Shown here piece by piece: positions 57,140-64,000 of a DNA stretch of 64,000 bases. Both the position numbers and the translations under genes were made by a program. The notes under the pieces were generated by a model, which was not told the origin of the DNA, searched no databases, and saw nothing but the letters and a program-made list of their open reading frames with translations. This DNA comes from Acidobacteriota bacterium (lineage in GTDB: Bacteria > Acidobacteriota > Vicinamibacteria > Vicinamibacterales > UBA2999), in contig JBEGVQ010000093.1 in assembly GCA_041178345.1 (NCBI GenBank), positions 14,496 through 78,495 of the forward strand, in the 5' to 3' direction. The stretch's first letter is position 1; each line of letters starts with the position of its first letter.

Positions 57140-57785
57140 CCTGCCCGGCCTCGAGATGCAGCACGCGATCGGCAATCGCGGTGAGCTCGGCTTCGTCGTG
57201 CGTCACGTAGACGAGGGGCACGTGCAAGTCGCGGCGAATGCGCAGCACGTACGGCAGGATGCGATCGCGGCGCGCGCGATCGACGCCGGCCAGCGGTTCG
57301 TCCAGTAACAGCACCGCCGGCTGCGTCATCAGGGCGCGGGCAATGGCGACCCGCTGTTTTTCGCCCCCCGACAGCTTCTGCACCCGGCGCGTCAGTAACG
57401 GCCCCAGATCGAGGATCTCGACGAGCGCCGATCGCAGGCGCGGCTCGTCGTCGCCCGGCAGGTGACGGCGGCTGTGGCGGACGCCGTAGGTGATGTTGCC
57501 GGTGACGTCGAGGTGGGGGAACAGCAGCGCGTCCTGGGGCACGTAGCCGATCTGGCGATCCTGGGGCGGCCGGTTGATGCCGGCCGACGATGAGAACAGG
57601 ACGCGATCGCCAACGCGGATTTCTCCGGCATCGGGCGTGCGAAGGCCGGCAATGGCCTCGAGCAGGGTCGTCTTGCCGCTGCCCGACGGCCCGAACAGCC
57701 CGAGCACTTCGACCGACGAGGCGTCGCGAATCCGCAACTCGAAGGCCTGCTGGCGCAGCGTGACATCAAGGGTCAACTGGATCAC
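57099..57785 (-). CDS. modC: molybdate ABC transporter ATP-binding protein, short form without a TOBE domain
   Basis: GTG 57785 overlaps the modB stop (GTGA). [34 protein letters not shown]. 228 aa. Confidence 0.85.
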   Translation of the reverse strand: MIQLTLDVTLRQQAFELRIRDASSVEVLGLFGPSGSGKTTLLEAIAGLRTPDAGEIRVGDRVLFSSSAGINRPPQDRQIGYVPQDALLFPHLDVTGNITYGVRHSRRHLPGDDEPRLRSALVEILDLGPLLTRRVQKLSGGEKQRVAIARALMTQPAVLLLDEPLAGVDRARRDRILPYVLRIRRDLHVPLVYVTHDEAELTAIADRVLHLEAGQVTNATMRSPAAAR

Positions 57786-58444
57786 GGGCGCGCCGCCACC
57801 AGCCGGTTCGACAGATAGATGGCCCCAAACGCCAGCAGTGCCGACAGCAGCAATAACCCCCATGCCGCCTCTTCGCGCCCGGTCTCGACAAAGGTGTAGA
57901 TGCCCACCGCCAGCGTTTGGGTCTGTCCGGGAATGGCGCCGGCGACCATGATGGTGGCGCCGAATTCGCCGAGCGCGCGCGAGAAGCCGAGCACCGCGCC
58001 GGCAATGATCCCCTTCGAGGCGAGCGGCAGCGTGATGGTCCGCAGAATGCGGAAGCGGCCCGCGCCAAGCGTTGCGGCCAGGGCTTCGTACCGGCGATCC
58101 ACCTGCTCGATACCCGAGCGCACGCTGCGCGCGAACAGCGGGAAGCTCACGACCATCATCGCCAGTACCACCGCCTTCCACGTGAAGATCACCGCGATGC
58201 CCATCGCATCGAGCGCCTGGCCCACGGGGCTGCGGCGGCTGAGCAGCCACAACAGCAGCAAGCCCGTGGCCACCGGCGGCAGGACCAGCGGCAATGACAC
58301 CACCGTTTCGACCAGCGCCTTGCCGCGGAACGTCCCGCGCGCGAGCAGCCAGCCCGCCGCCACGGCAAAGGGCAGCGTCAGCGCGGTGGCGACCACTGCC
58401 ATCAGCACCGTGAACTGCGCGATCTGCCAGGTCTCAGCGCTCAA
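57782..58444 (-). CDS. modB: molybdate ABC transporter permease
   Basis: Start taken as TTG 58444 (..SAETWQIAQFTVLMAVVATALTLPFAV.., the typical ModB N-terminus). EAA-type loop ..ATLGAGRFRILRTITLP... Confidence 0.85.
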   Translation of the reverse strand: MSAETWQIAQFTVLMAVVATALTLPFAVAAGWLLARGTFRGKALVETVVSLPLVLPPVATGLLLLWLLSRRSPVGQALDAMGIAVIFTWKAVVLAMMVVSFPLFARSVRSGIEQVDRRYEALAATLGAGRFRILRTITLPLASKGIIAGAVLGFSRALGEFGATIMVAGAIPGQTQTLAVGIYTFVETGREEAAWGLLLLSALLAFGAIYLSNRLVAARP

Positions 58445-59213
58445 CCGTACCGAATCCTCTCCTCGCAAACACGGCGCGAGCGGCGGGGCCTTGCAGGAAT
58501 TGCAGGAAGCGGCGGCCTTCGGCTTCATCGGGTCCGGCAATCACCGCCGCCGGCTGCACGATGTTCAGGTAGGCGTGCTCCCTGGCCGGGACACGGCCGA
58601 CCACCCGCACGGCCGCTTCGCGCGCGTCGGTGGCGTAAACAATGCCGGCATCCACCCGGCCCGCTTCGACCGCCGCCAGCACCGCTCGAACAGTCGGGAA
58701 CGGAATCACCTTCGGCTGCAGCCGCGCCCACGCACCTTCATGCTCGAGCCAGCGGCGGCCGTAGACCCCCGCCGGGACGCTAGCCGTCTCACCCATTGCG
58801 AGCCGCGCCACGCCGCCCTGGAGCAGCTCAGCAAGACCGGCCGGGGCCGGACGATCGCTCGGGGCCACGACGGCCAGTTCGTTGGTGAGCAGGCGCGTGC
58901 GCGTGCCGGCCACCACGCGGCCGGCCTGCTCAACCACGTCCATCTGCGCCTCGTCTGCGCTGACGAACACCGCCGCCCGCGCGCCCGCGACAATCTGCCG
59001 GGCCAGCGTGTTCGAACCGCCGGTGTTGAGGGACACAGACACGCCCGTCGCCGCTCGGTACAAGCCGGCGATCTCGGCAAGCGCAGCATGCAGGCTCGCG
59101 GCGACCGACACGACCGGGCCGGGCGGCTGTGCCGCGACGGGCGCAAGGATCACGACTGTCACCCCGGCGACCAGCCAGCTCGTAATCACTTTCGTCGGGC
59201 GAAGAGTGCGCAC
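58434..59213 (-). CDS. modA: molybdate ABC transporter substrate-binding protein
   Basis: Signal peptide; ..GGSNTLARQI..VFVSAD..VYATDA.. ModA-type blocks. First gene of the modABC order. Confidence 0.88.
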   Translation of the reverse strand: MRTLRPTKVITSWLVAGVTVVILAPVAAQPPGPVVSVAASLHAALAEIAGLYRAATGVSVSLNTGGSNTLARQIVAGARAAVFVSADEAQMDVVEQAGRVVAGTRTRLLTNELAVVAPSDRPAPAGLAELLQGGVARLAMGETASVPAGVYGRRWLEHEGAWARLQPKVIPFPTVRAVLAAVEAGRVDAGIVYATDAREAAVRVVGRVPAREHAYLNIVQPAAVIAGPDEAEGRRFLQFLQGPAARAVFARRGFGTVER

Positions 59214-59270
59214 TGTCTAGGTAATTTAGTATGATTCAGAGCGATTTTTGCAACGACTTGGAGCGACTTC

Positions 59271-59720
59271 GTGATGCTGAGCAAAACCGCGCAGAGCCGC
59301 CTTCTCACCGTGCGCGCCGCGGCCGATCGGCTTGGCGTCGCGTACTCGACGCTCAAGCAGTGGATCTACGACGGCTCGGTCCGCACGACCCGCACCAACG
59401 GCGGCCACCATCGCATTGCCGAGTCCGAAGTGCTGCGTCTGCAGATGGCCCCGGCCGGCAGGGCCGTGAGCCGAGCGCCCAAGCCGTCGCCCGCCGCTCA
59501 CGGCGTGCTGGTGGCGCTCAGCGGCCGCAACCAGCTGCGCGGGATCGTCGATGAGGTCCGCAGCGACGGGCTGCTGTCGCAGGTGCGCCTGCGCATCGGC
59601 GACCAGGTCCTGACGGCGGTGATTACGCGCGATGCGGTGAACGAACTCAAGCTCAAGAAGGGCGACGAGGCGGTCGCGATCATCAAGTCCACCGAGGTGA
59701 TGATCGGGCGCCTGCGGTGA
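59271..59720 (+). CDS. HTH (excisionase/MerR-type) plus TOBE/Mop-domain regulator, likely molybdate-responsive
   Basis: ..LLTVRAAADRLGVAYSTLKQWIYDG.. HTH. C-terminal ..SGRNQLRGIVDEVRSDGLLSQVRLRIG..IIKSTEVMI TOBE fold. Divergent from modA. Confidence 0.82.
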   Translation: MMLSKTAQSRLLTVRAAADRLGVAYSTLKQWIYDGSVRTTRTNGGHHRIAESEVLRLQMAPAGRAVSRAPKPSPAAHGVLVALSGRNQLRGIVDEVRSDGLLSQVRLRIGDQVLTAVITRDAVNELKLKKGDEAVAIIKSTEVMIGRLR

Positions 59721-59751
59721 ACGCCGATTGACCGGCCCGGCCGGTCGGTGG

Positions 59752-60939
59752 CTACTGGTTGTGTGACGTGCGCGCTGCCTTGTCCATCAGGACCACCTCG
59801 TGCCCGTCAATCCGAAGGGCCGGCGGCGCCGCCGACCGGTCTCTCACCGCCTGCACCAGCTTCGCGCCCTCGCCCTCGCTCGGATCAAGCATGAAGACGT
59901 CGTTGTTGCCGTCGCGCGACACCGGCACGAACGACACGCGGACAATGCTCTTGCCTTCGATCACCACGCGGGCGACCAGACCGTCGACCGACTTCTCGTA
60001 ACCGGGCTGGTCGAAAGTCGAATGACCGATCGCATACAGGATCGGCTTGCCCGCGTACAGCTCCACGCCCTGGATGGTATGCGTGCCGTGGCCGAAGATC
60101 ATGTCGGCGCCGGCGTCGAGGGCCACGTGGGCGAATTGTCTCTGGTATTCCTCGGTCTTCGTTCGATCGCGGCCGGCGCTGGTGCCCTTCACGTCGCCGA
60201 ACTGCACCGGCGTGGAGCCGTCACGGTTGTGGTGCGAGACCACGACGATGTCGACCTGGGGCCGCAGTTTCTTCACATCGTTGCGGAGCCGTTCGAGATC
60301 ACCAGGATCGATGGTGATGCCGTCGAGCGACTTGATCCGGGCCACGCCCGCCTCGGTCGCGGTCGCGATCATGTCCTTGTCCTGGTACCACCGCGCGGTG
60401 TACTGCAGGAAGCCGATACGAACACCTTTGCGAACGATGATCGCGGGCTTGTGCGCTTCGTCGATGTTCTTGCCGGCGCCGGCGTGGAGAATGCCGTTGG
60501 CATCGAGCACACCCAGGCTCTTCAGGATGTTCGCGCGGCCGGAGGCGACGTTGTTGGCGACGCCGACCACGGCGATATTGGCGGCCTTGAGCGCCTTGAC
60601 GCCGTCAGGACCGGGATGCGTCCACTCCGGCTTGTCCGGAATGTCGATGGTCGTGCCGACCGACTTGACCAGCAGGCCTTCGAGGTTAGCGTAGACCAGG
60701 TCGGCCGCCTTCAACGTGTCGCGCATCCGGTTGAAGGCCGTCGTCGGATCGGCGCGCCGGGAGTGCACCTGGATGTCCCCCAGGATCAGCAGCTCGACCG
60801 CTTTGTCGCCGCGGCTGCCGGTCCACTTCCAGGGCGCGGCGGCGGCGAGACTGGCGGCTAACCCGAGCAGGACGATTACTGAGGCGACAGACGAGCGGCT
60901 GGTCATGGCAAGGGTCTCCTGCGAAAATGGTCGCCGCAT
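59752..60939 (-). CDS. CapA-family (PGA_cap) metallophosphatase-like protein
   Basis: Signal peptide; ..YANLEG.., ..VVVSHH.., ..FGHGTH.. blocks. Confidence 0.72.
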   Translation of the reverse strand: MRRPFSQETLAMTSRSSVASVIVLLGLAASLAAAAPWKWTGSRGDKAVELLILGDIQVHSRRADPTTAFNRMRDTLKAADLVYANLEGLLVKSVGTTIDIPDKPEWTHPGPDGVKALKAANIAVVGVANNVASGRANILKSLGVLDANGILHAGAGKNIDEAHKPAIIVRKGVRIGFLQYTARWYQDKDMIATATEAGVARIKSLDGITIDPGDLERLRNDVKKLRPQVDIVVVSHHNRDGSTPVQFGDVKGTSAGRDRTKTEEYQRQFAHVALDAGADMIFGHGTHTIQGVELYAGKPILYAIGHSTFDQPGYEKSVDGLVARVVIEGKSIVRVSFVPVSRDGNNDVFMLDPSEGEGAKLVQAVRDRSAAPPALRIDGHEVVLMDKAARTSHNQ

Positions 60940-60940
60940 C

Positions 60941-61648
60941 TTACTTCCGTTTCGACCCCTTGTACCGCGCCTGGTTCTCGGCGTTGGCCGGATACAACCC
61001 GGGTAGCGCGGCCCCGCTCTTGACCTCGTCCATGATCCAGCCCTCGAGATGTTCCTGCTCGACGGCCAGCGGGACGATTTCGTCGAAGAGCGCCGCCGGG
61101 ATCACCACTGCGCCGTCCCCATCGGCCACGATCACATCGCCGGGAAACACGGCGACACCGCCGCACCCGATCGGCTGCTGCCAGTCGACAAAGGTCAGGC
61201 CGGCCACCGACGGCGGCGCCGCGGTGCCGCTGGCCCACACCGGCAAGCCGGTGGACAGCACGCCGGCGAGATCGCGCACCGCGCCGTCGCTTACCAGCCC
61301 GGCCACGCCGCGCACGGCCATGCGCGCGCACAGGATGTCGCCCCAGAAACCCGCGTCCTTGACGCCGTTGGCGTCGATCACCGCCATGCAGCCGGCCGGC
61401 ATTTCTTCAATCGCGGCGCGCGTGGACTTGGGCGAGCTCCACGACGCGGGTGTGGCCAGATCTTCGCGCGCGGGGATGAAGCGGACCGTGAACGCGCGGC
61501 CGACGATGCGTGCCTGGCCATTGGTGAGCGGGAAGGCCCCGCGGATCCAGACGTTGCGGAGGCCCTTCTTGAGCAGGATCGTGGTGAGCGTCGCCGTGGT
61601 GACGTTCGCGAGGGCCGCGAAGGCCGCGGCATCGTTGGCGGTAGTCAT
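60941..61648 (-). CDS. RraA / 4-hydroxy-4-methyl-2-oxoglutarate aldolase family protein
   Basis: Start at ATG 61648. ..VFPGDVIVADGDGAVVIP.. signature. Confidence 0.85.
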   Translation of the reverse strand: MTTANDAAAFAALANVTTATLTTILLKKGLRNVWIRGAFPLTNGQARIVGRAFTVRFIPAREDLATPASWSSPKSTRAAIEEMPAGCMAVIDANGVKDAGFWGDILCARMAVRGVAGLVSDGAVRDLAGVLSTGLPVWASGTAAPPSVAGLTFVDWQQPIGCGGVAVFPGDVIVADGDGAVVIPAALFDEIVPLAVEQEHLEGWIMDEVKSGAALPGLYPANAENQARYKGSKRK

Positions 61649-61700
61649 GGGGTTCCTTTGAGGTCGCGCTAAGGATACCTGCTTGACCAGCGGGTTCACT

Positions 61701-61792
61701 AGTAATGATATCGTTCTTATGCGGACATTAAGTAACGTTTTCGTTCTTTACGTTTGACTTTAGGAACGAAATCGTTCTCAATGTAAGCACTT
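61701..61792 (+). promoter_or_regulatory. AT-rich promoter region with three TCGTTCT repeats and the palindrome GAACGA-AA-TCGTTC
   Basis: TCGTTCT at 61711, 61741 and 61772 (spacing 30 and 31 nt). Palindrome 61764..61777. TTGACT (61754) -N17- CTCAAT, then ATG 61793 with no Shine-Dalgarno. Confidence 0.5.
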
Positions 61793-62986
61793 ATGACCAT
61801 CCGTGTCACGGGGCGTTACGAACGGACGACCGTGGCCAGTGAAGAGGTGGCGGCCTTTGTACCTTTCCCGCTTCCTCCTGCCGAACCCGCGTTGGTTGTC
61901 GATGCCGCCCGCCTCGGGCGCCTGAAGAATGCGGAGCAGGCGTTGGCGCGGCTGGAACTCGCCGGCGAGATGGTGCCGTCGCTCGATTGGTTCATCTATG
62001 CGTTCGTCCGAAAAGAAGCGGTGCTGTCTTCGCAGATCGAAGGCACCCAGGCGACCCTGGTCGACCTCCTGACGTTCGAGGCCGAGGCGAGCGGGGCACC
62101 GAATGCCGACGTCGAGGAAGTCTGCAACTACCTCGATGCGCTGGGCTACGCGCGAAGCCAACTCGGCGATTCACGAGGGTTACCCCTCTCGATGCGGTTG
62201 CTCAACGCCACGCATCAGCGCCTGATGCGCGGAGTCCGTGGCGCCGACAAGCAGCCCGGCGAGGTGCGCCGGAGCCAGAACTGGATCGGCGGCACGCGTC
62301 CTGGCAACGCGGTCTATGTCCCGCCGCCCCCGCACCTGCTGGGCGATGTGCTGACTAGTTTCGAGAAGTACATGCACGACGACGACCGCACCCTGTCACC
62401 ACTCGTTCGGGCAGGGCTCCTGCACGTGCAATTCGAAACGATTCATCCGTACCTCGACGGCAACGGCCGCATCGGACGGCTGCTGGTCACCCTGCTCCTG
62501 GAACAGTGGCGGCTTCTGACCAAGCCGCTGCTCTACCTGAGCCTGTATTTCAAGCGGCATCGCGATGACTACTTCCGCCACTTGAGCGCGGTCCGCGTCA
62601 ACGGCGATTGGGAGGGGTGGACCGACTTCTTCCTCGACGGGGTGACGACCATCGCGGACGAGGGCGTGGCGTCGGCGCAGGAACTCTACGCCCTGGTCAG
62701 CGCCGACCGCACGCGCGTGCTCCAGCACAGCGCGACCTCGGTAGCAGCCGTTCGCTTGTTCGAGGTACTGCCGCGCCATCCGCTGGTGAGCATCGCCACG
62801 GTCGTGCGGCTTCTCGAGACGAGCAAGCCCACCGCCGCCCGCGCCATCGATACGCTCACCGCCGCCGGCGTGCTCATCGAGACCACCGGCAAGAAGCGCG
62901 ACCGTTGGTTCTCGTACAACGCTTACCTCGAGCGCCTTCGGGTCGGCACGGACCTTGACGTTCAGCGACGCTCAATCAGGTCATGA
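61793..62986 (+). CDS. Fic-family protein (class II, internal inhibitory helix) with a C-terminal winged-helix domain
   Basis: Fic motif HPYLDGNGRIGR. N-terminal inhibitory motif SSQIEG ([S/T]xxxE[G/N]). Confidence 0.9.
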   Translation: MTIRVTGRYERTTVASEEVAAFVPFPLPPAEPALVVDAARLGRLKNAEQALARLELAGEMVPSLDWFIYAFVRKEAVLSSQIEGTQATLVDLLTFEAEASGAPNADVEEVCNYLDALGYARSQLGDSRGLPLSMRLLNATHQRLMRGVRGADKQPGEVRRSQNWIGGTRPGNAVYVPPPPHLLGDVLTSFEKYMHDDDRTLSPLVRAGLLHVQFETIHPYLDGNGRIGRLLVTLLLEQWRLLTKPLLYLSLYFKRHRDDYFRHLSAVRVNGDWEGWTDFFLDGVTTIADEGVASAQELYALVSADRTRVLQHSATSVAAVRLFEVLPRHPLVSIATVVRLLETSKPTAARAIDTLTAAGVLIETTGKKRDRWFSYNAYLERLRVGTDLDVQRRSIRS

Positions 62987-64000
62987 CGGGACCGCGATTG
63001 TCACGCTGTCGAGCGCGCGGCAGAACCGCGCGTTGTCGTCGGGCAGCCGGACCGCCACGCGCAGGCGCGGCAGCGCCGGCCGCAAGCGGTATGAAGCATC
63101 CGCGACGCCAATGTTGTGCTGCGCCAGCAACTCGGTCTTGATCGCGCCGGCCATGGCGGGGTCGTTGCCCCGCAACGACGCCAGCAGGAAGTTCCCGCCG
63201 CCCTCGTGCACCCGCGCCACCACCGGCACCTTGGCGAGAATATCGGCAAAAGCCGCACGGTCGGCCTTGGTGGCGGTCAGCGACCGCTCGAAGTCGGCCC
63301 GGTGCGCCAGCATCAGCTCGAGAAAGAACGCCGCCGGTCCGCTCAGATTCCACATCGGAATCTCATCGTCCAACACGCGAATCACCTCGGGATTGAGGCA
63401 ATAGACATAGCCCAGGCCCAGGCCCGGAACGCCGAACGAGTGGCCCAGGCTCTTGATGACGATCACGTTCGAGACGGGATCGGCCTTCAGCCGCTCGACC
63501 ATCGGCGTCTCGTCGCAGAAGTCCGCCAACGATTCGTCGATCACAAACAGCGTATGCGGATGGCGCCGAACGCACTCGTCGACCCACGCGGTCGGCACGG
63601 TCGTGCCGGTTGGACTGTTGGGCGAGGCGATCACCACGACGCCGTCGCCGGGAATGGCGGCGTCGAACGCGGCGAGGTCGAAGCCGGCAAGGGCATCGGC
63701 GTACGTCTTCGCGCGCGGGAAGATCCGCGCGTACTCACCCAACGACGGTTCTGGCCGCAGCACCGGCCTGACGCCCACCAGTCGCTTCAAGATCGGAAAG
63801 ATCTGCGACGCGCCGTGCAGGACCTGCACATGCTCGGGTTCGCACAGCAGGTACCGCGCCAGCGTTCGATTGAGCTCTGCCTGGGTCGAACTGCGAGCCT
63901 GCGCCACGGCCGGTAGCGACAGCCGCATTGCCTCGACCATGGCATCGGTCGGAAAGTGATGGTTGCGCAGGGCGTCGAAGTCGGTGAATGCGAGGCTCGT
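62981..64000 (-). CDS. class I/II aminotransferase-fold protein; 5' end lies outside the window
   Basis: Frame stays open to base 64000. SPNSPTG, IDESLADF, ..VIKSLGHSFGVPGLGLGY.. blocks. His is found where the PLP lysine is expected. Confidence 0.72.
   Translation of the reverse strand, partial: TSLAFTDFDALRNHHFPTDAMVEAMRLSLPAVAQARSSTQAELNRTLARYLLCEPEHVQVLHGASQIFPILKRLVGVRPVLRPEPSLGEYARIFPRAKTYADALAGFDLAAFDAAIPGDGVVVIASPNSPTGTTVPTAWVDECVRRHPHTLFVIDESLADFCDETPMVERLKADPVSNVIVIKSLGHSFGVPGLGLGYVYCLNPEVIRVLDDEIPMWNLSGPAAFFLELMLAHRADFERSLTATKADRAAFADILAKVPVVARVHEGGGNFLLASLRGNDPAMAGAIKTELLAQHNIGVADASYRLRPALPRLRVAVRLPDDNARFCRALDSVTIAVPS

Overview
GC-rich (roughly two-thirds G+C by eye, not computed), densely packed chromosomal segment. 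The gene content and a CarboxypepD_reg-type TonB receptor suggest an Acidobacteriota- or Gemmatimonadota-like bacterium (inference only). I support about 60 protein genes, 2 decayed genes and several regulatory or repeat elements. I recognised no rRNA, tRNA, CRISPR, transposase, integrase or obvious defence genes. Main content: (1) An eight-gene operon at 6254..14429 encodes an MtrAB/PioAB-type outer-membrane porin-cytochrome conduit: two monoheme cytochromes c, a NapC/CymA-like multiheme protein, a decaheme and a 730-aa barrel. It is joined directly to a Rieske/cytochrome b/nonaheme module. (2) A ten-gene clade-II-type nitrous oxide reductase operon at 31754..42883 begins with a GltD-like NAD(P)H/FAD/FeS oxidoreductase that is translationally coupled to a second Rieske/cyt b/pentaheme module, followed by nosZ-B-D-F-L-Y. 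A hemerythrin-like gene and a Crp/Fnr regulator lie next to it. A perfect TATGAC-N4-GTCATA palindrome recurs in front of the nos operon, an orphan NosH-like gene and a fasciclin gene. (3) Metal genes: a TPCP-type P1B ATPase, two multicopper oxidases, and a DUF411/CopG gene whose first CxCC cysteine codon is an in-frame TGA followed by a SECIS-like hairpin, making it a selenocysteine candidate. (4) Sigma-54 elements: an NtrC-type activator plus PAS kinase at the left edge, and three good -24/-12 promoters before usp, hsp20 and a small ORF. (5) A cluster of three ATP-dependent ligase-type genes (ATP-grasp, GCS2, ATP-grasp-like) with two esterases, and a structured heptad-repeat leader. (6) modABC with a divergent HTH-TOBE regulator, a MacAB-like efflux system, and a class II Fic gene behind an AT-rich iteron-like promoter. 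All family calls come from reading motifs by eye; no database search was run.
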